Shown: piece by piece, positions 33,485-44,329 of the stretch | How the letters are laid out: each line of letters begins with the position of its first letter | Position numbering within the stretch: the stretch's first letter is position 1 | NCBI GenBank assembly: GCA_964019335.1 | Contig: OZ025748.1 | Location: 248,001-312,000, forward strand | Length of the DNA: 64,000 nucleotides | Direction of reading: 5' to 3' | From: Diplonema japonicum | Taxonomy: Eukaryota > Protista > Euglenozoa: Diplonemea | Made by a program: the position numbers and the translations under genes | The notes under the pieces: generated by a model | What the model saw: the letters and a program-made list of their open reading frames with translations, nothing else | Database searches by the model: none | What the model was told of the DNA's origin: nothing

Positions 33485-36400
33485 ATGCAATCTTCTAATG
33501 GCAGCAACTGCTACGTGGAATGGAGAGCGGGGGACCTGGACGTGATGCGTGTCGACGAGGAGAAAACCCGGCTCAGGAAGAAACAGCTGGAGGAGAAACA
33601 ACTAGCGAAGGTACCAACTACAACAAAAAAAGAAGAAGGGAAAAAAAAAAAAAAAAAAAAAAGGAACAACTGTTGAAAGGGAAATCAGAGTCATTCCGCG
33701 CGCAGTTCAAGAATCAGATTGCCAACATGGGTGAGGAAGTATGATGAGATATCTTTACAAAGAAAAAAAAAAAAAAAAAAAAAAAAAACCAGGACCCGCA
33801 AGTCTGGTCAAGCAACCTCAGCATAGTATGCGGGGATGTGGCTACTTTAGTGGAGCGACGCCGCAGCGTGACTGTGCTGGTGTACGGTCATGAGAAGTCG
33901 GGGAAGAGCCGCACTGCGGACAAAGTAGTAGCTTCAACACTGCACTTGCTGCAGCAGGTAATCGACTCAGCAGCAAACCACCACGAGAGAAAGCTGTCCA
34001 ACCTCGAGAAGGAAAAACGAAAAAAAGAACTGGAAGAAGAGCTGCGGCTGCAACAGGAACGAGAGGATGCAGAAGCTGCGAAGGAAGCGCAGATCGCCGC
34101 CGGAACCGCAGTGGCTGCCGCTCGCGGAATGAACTCCGCGAGGAAATCAAAAGTAGTCCTTCCTCCGCCTACTCCGGGCGATACAGCCAAGAAGTCCTTG
34201 AGCCCTACTGCAAGCAGCAAACGCGGCTCAGGCAAAAGAGTGAGCCTAATGAAACGGCAGTCTATCTCCGCAGAAGTTTCTAACAAGATGCACGGCATCC
34301 TCCCCCCACCCGTCCTTGACAAAATCGACTTGAGTAAAGGGTTGGGTTCACGTACAACGACGCCGAACAATTTCACAGCGGAGCCGGCATTCGTCCCCTT
34401 CGAGACCCTCCCCGAGTCCGTGAAGCTTCCCCCCATCACACATGACGCCACACCGAAATCGCAACAGCGCGCCTCGAAAAGACTCACCCGCACCAAAGTG
34501 GACGGGGATGACACCGCGAGAAAACGAAGAAGCTCCATAGGAATGACCAGCTTAAGGTACTTTTGTTTGTTTTTTTTTTTTTTATTATTATAACACCCAC
34601 CCCAGCCGGAACGGTTTGAAGGGCGTCATCACAGGGCTGAGCTTTGACAGGGTGAGCACGCACGTGAAGCTCCCCCCGCTTGTGAAGCTGCCACAGTGGG
34701 TATGGTGCTTTTTCTTTACATTTGTTTCCAACCCTCTTAGGTACAATGCTCTGAAATCGAGTTCTGGGTGCGCAGCAGGGAGAAGGACCACCAGATGACG
34801 GTGGTGTGGGTGGGGGATGGGAACGCAGCGTCGCTGATCAAAATCAGTCTGAACACTGACGAGAACATGGAGCACTGCGAAGGGGTGCTGCTCTTCATGT
34901 TGCGGGACCAGTACAGCAGTACGTACATCGCCACCTGCGGAACAGAAGACCTCTGCAACGACAAGTGGCACCACGTGAGCTTCAGAATCGTGAACCCAGC
35001 AGAAAACATCATCACACTCACTGTTGACAACAGAACGGTGCGAATGAGTATCAAAACAGCGGAGAATCCAAAAGACTTCGGCGACTGGACACAAAACGGT
35101 CTCGTTGGCGGTGAATACGTAGGTCGGTCCAAGGTCGACCACTTCTTAAAAGGTGAAATTCTTGACTTGAAGTTCTGGTCTTTCGAGGGCACCGACGACG
35201 GCCCCGCTACCTTGCAGGCTCACTACTCCTTCACGGACTCAGACGCCACCACCGGCACGCTCACAGACCTCACAGGAGGACAAGGCGCGGAGGTTTTCTT
35301 CCCCGAATGGGGCATGATAGAGTTCCCCGAAACATGTCTGCACTTCAATGGTGCTTTCACGCATATCAACACGGGGACGCTGGGCGACTTTGGCCAGCTC
35401 ATGGGTTCTTGCCGTGTGGAATTTTGGCTGCGATCAGGCTGTACAGACCGGTCAATGGCCGTGCTCAGAGTCACAGACACATCACATAAACACGCTGTAA
35501 TCGGTGTAGAGCTGAATAAAGGAGCAGACGGGAACTTCCGCCGCGGTTGCACCTGCTTCACTATCAGAGACACGCAAGGGAAGGAGCTCGTGGCAGTGCA
35601 GACGATAACTGATCTCTGTGACGGGAAGTGGCACCAGGTGACGTGGGACGTGGTGTGCTCCGAAAACGTAATGAGCGTCAAGATAGACAAGTTCGACGTG
35701 TCCCTGGACTACAGCAAAGCGGAGCAGCCCAGCAGCTTCTGTTCCCTCACGCAGTGGGTGCCAATAGGCGCACACAACCACAGGGGCACGCTTCAGGACC
35801 ACTTTGAAGGTTATCTCAAAGAAGTGAAAATATGCGGCGGTGGCGTGGGCAGCATCCAACAGGTGGTGGCACAGTGGCAGCTGGACGAAGGGGTCGGCGC
35901 CACCGTCGTTATGGACAAGACGGGGAACGGGAACAACGGTATCATCTACGACAGAAATATGAAGAAGAAATCCAGCAGGTGGTACTCCGTGAAGCAACCT
36001 GAAGGGCTCGTCCTGGCAGTACCGATGCTGGGGTCCCCGCGCGCCAACATTAATCTGGAACACAGCTGCAACGAAGTCCAAATATCAGCAGTGCACATCA
36101 TCCCCACCGCAAGCGAGCCGGGTCTTTACACCGAGACGATCATAGATCTCATTGACGGTGGAAACGACTTGAAGCTGGAAGACAGCACCGCGAACCCATA
36201 CGGGAGGGGGGTCCATCCTCAGAAGCTCATGAAGTACGTCGCAAAGCACACTTTCAAAGCAGTGCAGTCTTGCGCGCATGCCCAACAGCTGGTAGAGCAA
36301 GCCAACAAACACACAGACCCAAAAAGCCTGGGAACGCGAATCTTCACATTGCTGATCGGCGAGGGACGGCTCACGGTCGTGGACCTGGCGAGCTTCTCAC

Positions 36401-38871
36401 AGAAAACACGCAGCGTGTGGGATTCAACGCTCGAGGATTGGGTGGAACCCAAGACTCTGATTTCTCAAGATGACAAGGCCGTCAATTTCTGCAACAAAAA
36501 GGCAAGCGCGACAGAGCGCACCATCATGAAATTCGGCAAATCGCCCGCGCTGTTCAGAAGGTCCAAGGCAGGCATGGAAACGGTCGACTTCTCGGAGACG
36601 TTGACGACGCAACTACTGCAGTACTCCCTCTTGCGTGACATGGAGTCCTTCCTGACCTTTGTACACATGTTGAAGGACACCCCGACCGCAGCGGAACAGA
36701 AGTGCACCGAGTGGTTCGTCAAAGGATTTTGCGGCGCAACGCAGTCTTTTGCGTGTGGTGTGGTTCAGAAAGCTGTGAGGGTGTTCCTGGCGAAGAAAAA
36801 GATCAGCGCCATCAAGCAGTCCAAGGAGGAGAACGAGGAAGGTCGAAGGCGCATCATAAAACTGCAAGAGGCGCACCCCGAACTGCTCTGCGTGAGAGAC
36901 AGCAAGATCGTGTTGCTTGTGGACGTGACGAGACTGCAGGACGAGAGGATGCCCCACTTACACAGCGCAGGGCAGAGGTGTAAGGAGCTAGAGGACAACT
37001 ATGCAAGGCAAGGGTGGGAAGTGCGTGTCCTGGCCAAGGCCGACGCTTCCCTCCGGAGCATCATTGACAACGTGGGCTTGCTGCAAGGCTACCTGGGAAC
37101 CTCCTTCATCATGGTGCACTACGTAGGCTACGCGGCTTACAGCGCGCCCTACCACAAGTGGATGGAAAGAAGTGAGCTACACGAGTTGACGAAAACCGCA
37201 GAAGAAGCAGCACGAGAAGAAGTCATGCAGACAGAGGCCCGCACACGCACTGCCATGCAGCACGGAATGGCCGACGAAGAAGAGGAGACACGAGCAGCCG
37301 AAGCCATTCGTATTTCAGAAGACAAGGAACTCCGTAAAGAAATGCGGCGGAAGGAATTGGAAGCGAAGATGGAGGCCAAGCGGGCCTCCCAGCAGAAGAG
37401 CAGCGGCTGGGTCATGTCGACGAAGGTGGAACCGAAACACTCCGAGAAGGCGAAGTCACAACAGCAGCAAGACAACAAATGGGAGATCGAGGAGGCTAGG
37501 AGGATGAAGACACCCCTGCCTTTTGAACCCTCGCCCACACCAATAATGGAACCCCTGCCTGACGAGGTTCAGTGGTCGCCCGAGGAGCATCAGTTCCTCA
37601 CAGCCTATGACACACCTGTAGAGTACTCCAGCAGCAACACTCTCCCTTTCAGCGCATTACGAGAGTGTCTTCTGAAAGAAGAACTGGGCAAACATGTCAT
37701 CATTGCGGCAGAGTGCTACCCAGCCCCGAATACAACATCCCCTGCTTGGGCGTGGCTCGGCGCTTCTACAGGAGAAGTGCAGGAGTGGACGGGTAAAGGC
37801 GCACCCGAATATCTAGGGTATTATTTAAACAAAGCACTATGTGGGGGAGGGGCTTTGGATGTGACCGGGTTGTGCAAGTCTGAGGAGAGAAAGAAGAGGG
37901 AAGAAGATGTTCGCAAACTACACGAAAGTGAGGTGGAAGCCGCGCTGAGCGCCGGGAGGCCTGTCCCCATCGACAGCTTTTCAAAGGAGGGTGTAGCATG
38001 GCCGGGGTTCGCAAAGTATATCTCAAGCGGAATGCGAAAGAGGGACATCACAAGTAGCAACACGGTGGAGGGCAGCACCTACGTAGGCGACATGCTGATC
38101 GCAGACAAAAACATGAGAACGCTGCGATCGATTCCGCAGAGACGGCAGGCGAAGGAGAAACAGGCGGCGGCCATAGCAACAGCATACATCAGCTTGAATA
38201 CTACTTTGCCGGAGCTTTCAAACGACGAAATACCCGACATGATAGCTGACAGGATGAATGAGGTCCAAGGTATAAGGCAGCGTGTGGCACACAGACCAGT
38301 GCATAGAAAACTCGTAATCGTCTTGCGGTTCAACGGTGACATCGTCAAAGCAGGGCTTCCATGGTGCAGCACGCTAGACTGGGAGGACTACGTCGCTGAG
38401 CTCACAGGAGGAAAGCAGAAGATGTCATACATAGTCCAATGTGAGGACAAAGGCTCGTTTTCGCTGCACATCACCCTCCACGAGGACGAACATGCTATAG
38501 TGACAAGCATCGCAACGAAGTTTCGTGCAAAGCTCGGCCTGGAGTTTCGCCCTGCCCAGCTCAGCAACGAGGTTGTCTTGACCCCCTGTGCTGCTGGGCT
38601 TCTGTACTGCACAGGGATCGCCTGTTCCTTGTACTCCATCATGGCTGTGAAAAAAGCGTTTTTATCAGGAAGCCAGTCAGATGAAGAGTTCCGATTGGTG
38701 ATTTTCGACATTGCTTCGCAAGATGAGCATGTTCACATGAACGACGAGCGCAAGACTATTCTCCAGAAGCGTAAGCAGGAGGTGGCAAGGCTGCGCGAGG
38801 AGAACATGACCGAGGACGAGAAAAGAAAGCGACAGGTAGAGGAAACACGGAAAAGCTTACGCTCCATGTGA
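33485..38871 (+). CDS. Multidomain protein (~1729 aa): split degenerate kinesin motor, 2x LamG, IQ-like motif, caspase-like domain, coiled coils
   Basis: Exons 33485-33610, 33664-33738, 33793-34556, 34606-34699, 34741-38871 join in frame through four GT..AG introns. LamG motifs EIEFWVRS, LCNDKWHHV, LCDGKWHQV, FEGYLKEVKI, WQLDEGVG..DKTGNGNNG. P-loop YGHEKSGKS. Confidence 0.8.
33611..33663 (+). other. 53-nt poly(A)-bodied intron
   Basis: AAG|GTACC...(A)22-G; needed to join two reading frames. Confidence 0.75.
33739..33792 (+). other. 54-nt poly(A)-bodied intron
   Basis: GAA|GTATGA...(A)26-CCAG; contains in-frame stops, and removal joins the frames. Confidence 0.78.
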
Positions 38872-39029
38872 AAAAAAAAAAAAAAGAAGAAGAAAAAAAA
38901 AGATTTTTTTTGTTTTGTTTTCTTCTTTCTCATCTGTTTATATTACCTCTCTTTATACCTCTCTTTTTCTTTTTCTTCTTTTTATAAACTATCCAAACAA
39001 ACCCCCCCCCCCCCCCCCCCCCCAGGGGC

Positions 39030-39932
39030 ATGGACCTACCTGTAGATGTCGTGAAGCACATTCTGCAGTACCTGCCCCTAATCGAAATAGGGAGGGCTGG
39101 GGGCGTTGCTAAAGTCTGGTTTCGGGCGTCTCGTGAGCCGGGTTTTTGGAAGGTTCTTTCGCTCAGGAACAAGTGGGTGAACCGTGACAAAAGAGTTCTG
39201 TTCGATTACAAGCGGTACTACGGGGTGGCGAGGCTGAGGGCAGCAGAGGTGGTCGAACTGAAACCATCTTTGAAGAGCAAGGCCGATGCCACACTGCTAA
39301 AGTCCATCACAGGGGCTTGCCCCAACGTCACCGAGCTCTGCATCACTGGCTGCATACACGTTTCGGATTCGGTGTTGGTGTCTTTCCTATCATCAACATC
39401 AAACTTATCCACGTTAAAAGCGGGAAGTTGCTGGAAAACAGCCGATCTAAAGATGCATCACTTCTCTTCTACAACTCTCCTTCGCGCCTTGCCAGGCGTA
39501 CCGCTGCTCTCAAGGTTGGACATCTCAGGTTGGGGAATCACTGATGTGGGCGTCCAGACCATCGTCAACAATTGTAAAGGGCTGAGGGCGCTATCGATTG
39601 AAGGCTGTGTTCTTCTCACGCCCTGGGCTTTCACTATCCTCTCGGATTCTGTCTTTTTGTCCTTCTTAGATATTTCGCGTGTATTCCTAACCTCGGAGCA
39701 CTGGGTGTCTCTCAGCACCTCCCCGCCCCCCCGTCTCTCCACCTTGCTGGCAGCTCACTGCGTGGCACACAAACCATCGTTCCTTAAACTGTCCTCGCTC
39801 GGTGTGACTATTCACATTCCCAATGCGACGAGCAATCGCACAATGCTCCAGAAGATAGCCGGCAAGAACCCACTGATCTCAACCTGCCCCCAGCAGGCCG
39901 AGGCTGCCCTTGACGCCTGTTTCCAGTATTAA
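39030..39932 (+). CDS. F-box / leucine-rich-repeat protein
   Basis: F-box LPVDVVKHILQYLP...VAKVW; RNI-like LRRs (CPNVTELCITGC, LSRLDISGWGITD, CKGLRALSIEGC). Confidence 0.88.
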   Translation: MDLPVDVVKHILQYLPLIEIGRAGGVAKVWFRASREPGFWKVLSLRNKWVNRDKRVLFDYKRYYGVARLRAAEVVELKPSLKSKADATLLKSITGACPNVTELCITGCIHVSDSVLVSFLSSTSNLSTLKAGSCWKTADLKMHHFSSTTLLRALPGVPLLSRLDISGWGITDVGVQTIVNNCKGLRALSIEGCVLLTPWAFTILSDSVFLSFLDISRVFLTSEHWVSLSTSPPPRLSTLLAAHCVAHKPSFLKLSSLGVTIHIPNATSNRTMLQKIAGKNPLISTCPQQAEAALDACFQY

Positions 39933-40060
39933 GGGCGTGAGCGGACGTTTAACATCTCTCTTTCGTGTGCTTTCTTCCCCTCCCCTTGCCCCTCCTCTTA
40001 AAATAGTTTAGCAAAGGTAGCAAATAGCTTTTCCTCTTTCGGAAAAGAACAAAAACAAAA

Positions 40061-40642
40061 ATGGGAGCCGACATGTCAACGATGATCATCACGTGCAACA
40101 AGAAGGCATACCTCGATGCACCTGCTTCGTGGGCCTACGCGCAGATGAGCGACGCGCGGGTGTGGTTCGCTGCCTACTCGGAGCACGACGACAGCCCTGT
40201 GGTGAACCTGCACGGCCCGACCATCAAAGCAGGGTGTGAGTTCGATGCGGTGAAGAAGGTGAAGGTTCAGCAGCAGAAGACGAGCGGGAACTACAGAACA
40301 ACGTGGATGGAGATGAGGGATGTTTCGGTGGAGCTGAAGCTGGAAGAGGCAACACCGGACTCCTACGTGAAGTTCTGGGGGAAGGAAACCTGGGTCGACT
40401 CCGACAGCAAGGTGGGCGACCCTTATGTTCTTGAGTTCAGGATCAACCCCTTGTCCCCAAGCACGTGCGAAGTCGAGGCCACTATGATATTTTCCAACTC
40501 CAGTGCCTGCCTCATCCCGTGTGTCCTGCTCTGCGGGAGTTGCATCAAAAGTGCCGCTCAGGGGAAGATGGGCGGGGCTCAGATCAAATTGAAGAAGATC
40601 CTTGACGGTAAGATGAAAAAGGGAGGTCAGGGCATGCGCTAG
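40061..40642 (+). CDS. SRPBCC/START-like hypothetical protein, copy 1
   Basis: 193 aa; LDAPASWAYAQMSD..W start, beta-rich core and terminal helix (IKLKKILD) fit the SRPBCC pattern; MGADMS fits the N-myristoylation consensus. Confidence 0.7.
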   Translation: MGADMSTMIITCNKKAYLDAPASWAYAQMSDARVWFAAYSEHDDSPVVNLHGPTIKAGCEFDAVKKVKVQQQKTSGNYRTTWMEMRDVSVELKLEEATPDSYVKFWGKETWVDSDSKVGDPYVLEFRINPLSPSTCEVEATMIFSNSSACLIPCVLLCGSCIKSAAQGKMGGAQIKLKKILDGKMKKGGQGMR

Positions 40643-41834
40643 AAAATTATCTTTTTTCCCGCTTTTAACAGCCACGTCAGGCACCAGACAGCAACCGCTG
40701 AACGGTGACCGATTAGTGTGGATTTCTTCTTGAACAGTGAGCACCCCCATGCACACTGTAACTTTATCGATTTTTCTTTTTTTTTTTACTTACCCTTTCA
40801 ACGTTTTTCAAAAAAAAAAAAAAAAAAAAGAATTGATTTCACCGAAAATGAAAACTTTTTTTTTTGCCTCGATCGCAAGCTTATGGAGAGAACCATTGGC
40901 TCACACTGGTCGTCTCTCCGACTGGTCCCCCCCCTATCAAATCTTTCGTAGAATCCCCACGCCCCCTACCCAGTTTGTTGTGTGAGTGAGGCCATGCCCC
41001 CACAATATTCTCCCAACGAACGGAAGAAATAGCGGACGAATGAAATATTATTTACCTTTTAGAAATTCATACATGTGCCCACGGGCACTTACACCAAATG
41101 GGCTCTTCCCAGTGGGTGTATGGAAAGACCTTTTTATTTCCCGCTTTTTTTTTTTTTTTTCTTTTTTTTTTTTCCACCTCCCTTTTTAATTACTTTGCCA
41201 AAAAAAAAAAATGGATATTTTAAAATTTTTATATTGGGAGAAAAAGTACCCCCCTAAGTGCTGTGAATTGCTCAAGATCACCCCCCCCCCCCCCCCTTTG
41301 GTTCTTGATATTGTTCAACGATCTATCTGTGCCCTCCCACTTCTTCAGTTGGAATGTGGAAGCATCTTGTTCTGAGCACCACATCGGCCTTAAGACTTAA
41401 GTGCTGGTCGCGCCTCTCCCAAATAATAAGAAAGAAGAATTTTTTTTTTTAAAAAAAAGAAGAGGAAAAGAAAGTTTTATCTCATATTTGGTTGTGTTTG
41501 TTGCTTTCTTACTCCAGCTTCTCTAGCCTCAATCTTGTGTATTTTTTTTTGCTTTTTTTTTGTCTTTCTTACGCAGAATTATTCGTCCCTTCAATGTGCA
41601 GGAGAGTCTCGCCCTTCTTTCCTTTCCTTTCCTTTCCTTTTATAGGTCTCTATCTCCCTCTTATTTTCTTCTTATTTTTTTCGGCAACACGAGTGCGGCG
41701 TCGCTCTTGGCGCTCCGCCTGCCATGAGGTTCGAAGGAACTACCTGAACTGAACCCAACTAGGCGCTGATCGGACACCACGCACACTGCAGTGGGCTGTT
41801 GCTGACACTTCTCCCCATCATTCGAATATTTCTT

Positions 41835-43845
41835 TTTTTTGTTTTACTGCTGCCACACCCTTTATTGAAGGATTTCCTTAGTAGTCAAATGAGGACGATG
41901 TCTGTTGTGATGCTTGCCCTGCTTGCGGGGTCCGCGCAGGGTCTGTCTGTGGAGTACGTGAACGCGAACGCGAGGACGATGTTCAAGGCCTTCAAGACGG
42001 ACTACAGCAAGGTGTACACCTCTGTTGTGGAGGAGGAGAGGAGGTTCGCGATCTTCTCGGAGAACCTGATGAAGGCGGCGAGGTACGAGATGGAGCAGAC
42101 GCACGGGGCCACCTTCGGGGTGAACGCCTTCTCCGACCTCTCGGCCGAGGAGTTCAAGGGGCGCCACAACCTGAGGGTCCCGAAGAAGACTGGTCCTCCT
42201 GCTGCCCCTGTTTCTGTGACGGGTCCCACTGAGGTTGATTGGAGGACGAAGGGTGCTGTTACCCATGTGAAGAACCAGGCTCAGTGTGGAAGGTGTTTAA
42301 AAAAACGAATAAATAAATAAATAAATAAAAATAAACAAAAAAAAATAATTCTTTTTTTTTCATTTTTTTTTTCACAGCTGCTGGGCCTTCTCTACAACTG
42401 GAGGGATCGAGGGTCAGTGGTTCCTTTCAGGTCAGACCCTGACCTCGCTGTCTGAACAGGAGCTTGTGTCGTGCGACAAGAACGACGACGGGTGCAACGG
42501 GGGTCTCATGGACAACGCCTTCAAGTGGCTTCTGTCTGCGCACAGCGGTCAGGTGGTGACGGAGGCCTCGTACCCTTACACCTCGGGTGGCGGGAACAGC
42601 GGGTCGTGCCAAGAGGTGTCTGGGAAGGCGGTGGGGGCCACCATAAAGGGCTACAAGGACATCGCGCACGACGAGACCTCGATGGCGACCTTCGTCGGTG
42701 TCAGCGGTCCCCTCTCCATCGCTGTGGACGCGCAGAAGTGGCAGACCTACACCGGTGGGGTCCTCTCCAACTGCTGCGGGATCTTCGGGTGCCAGCTGGA
42801 CCACGGCGTCCTCATCGTCGGCTACGCCCCCGAGTACTGGATCATCAAGAACTCCTGGGGTCCCAGCTGGGGCGAGAACGGCTACATCCGCGTCAAGAGG
42901 GGCGACAACGAGTGCGGCCTCAACGAGTCCCCTTGCTCCTCGGAGATCTGAGATGGGTGAACTTGAAAGAGTGGTTTTTTAAGAGAAAACAAAAATTGTT
43001 AAACTCTTAATTCAATCCGTGTACTCCTTTCCCCCCCTACCTACTATTTTTTCTTTTCCATTTTCTTTTTTTTTTTCTCTTTCTCTCTTTGATCTTTCCT
43101 GTTTGAAATGCTTCTAACAAGTAAAACGTGGTGGCTGCAGCACAGCTTCCGTCCGAATCTCATTAATTTAAAAACAAGAGTGCTTCCTTTGTTACATGTT
43201 TGTGTCCCTTTTTTTCCTCTTTATTTATTCGTTTTCCTTGTGTTCCCCGCTGTATCTACCACACACAGGACCAGGCTGGGCTTGAGCTGCACACCGCACG
43301 CATCAAGGTCACGACGCAGAACGCAGAAGAAGCTACAGCGTCAACAGACCCGCAAACCCGATGTGCACATCCAACAGAAATGGTCCAGCAAGATGCTGGG
43401 AAGAAGTCTTTTTTAAAAGTTGTTTTACCACCACCCCCCCCGCAGGAGCCACTAAGGACCTGGCTCTTCCATAGCCTTGTCCACAGAGCAAATGCGGAGA
43501 CCGTGGTCGGGAGAAGTACGGACACTAGTAGGAGCCATTGAAGGGTGCCTCTCGCCTGAAGAGGTCAGCACCTGGAGGAGTCGCTCTGAAAAGGAAACGC
43601 GTTTCCTTAAGTATCTGAAAAATAAGGAATCGGAAACGTTTCCCCGTTTCTTGCCAGCATAGCCTGGGGGGGGGGGGGGGGGGTGATTCGGTTCACAACC
43701 AAAAAAAAGGAAAACATAAAGCTGTCGTTGCTACCAAGCGGGTGCTGCATGGCAGGTCTGGGAATCCTTTCTAAGGTTCCTGTATGACACAGCAATGCAA
43801 CGAGGTAACCCTACTTTGGTTTAAATGTCTTAACCGGGCTGCGAG

Positions 43846-43924
<79 letters not shown>

Positions 43925-44031
43925 CAAAAACCACGTAACAAAAATAACAAAATCAAAAAATCAATTTAAACTCCAACCCATCCACACGAAAACCCAGACA
44001 CACCCATCCCAAATGAGTAGTATGTAGAACT
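41835..44031 (+). repeat. ~2.2-kb direct repeat, copy 1 (cathepsin gene, spacer, galM 5' stub)
   Basis: Near-identical to 47637-49793 (offset 5802), including the intron. Confidence 0.95.
41889..42951 (+). CDS. Cathepsin L-like cysteine peptidase (C1A), copy 1; exons 41889-42292, 42378-42951
   Basis: Signal peptide; I29 prodomain (ERRFAIFSEN, FGVNAFSDLSAEEF); QCGS|CWAFS restored across an 85-nt intron; LDHGVLIVGY; YWIIKNSWG; 325 aa. Confidence 0.95.
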
Positions 44032-44329
44032 TTACTATTTTTCTTTTCCACCTGTAATCAAGTAAATGGTGCTTGTGCAGGGTGCCCCCACCGGCTTCCT
44101 TTAAATCATCGAATTTCCATTTTCTTCTCCTTTCTCTCTTTGATTCCTGTTTGAAATACTTCTAACAAGTAAAACGTGGCGGCTGTGGCACAGCTTCCGT
44201 CCGATTTCATTAATTAAAAAAACAAGATTGCTTCCTTTTGTTACATGTTTGTGTCCCTTTTTTTTCCTCTTTGTGTTTCCCGCCGTATTTACCACACTCA
44301 GGATCCTTGGGGGGAATCTTCAAAAGAAA

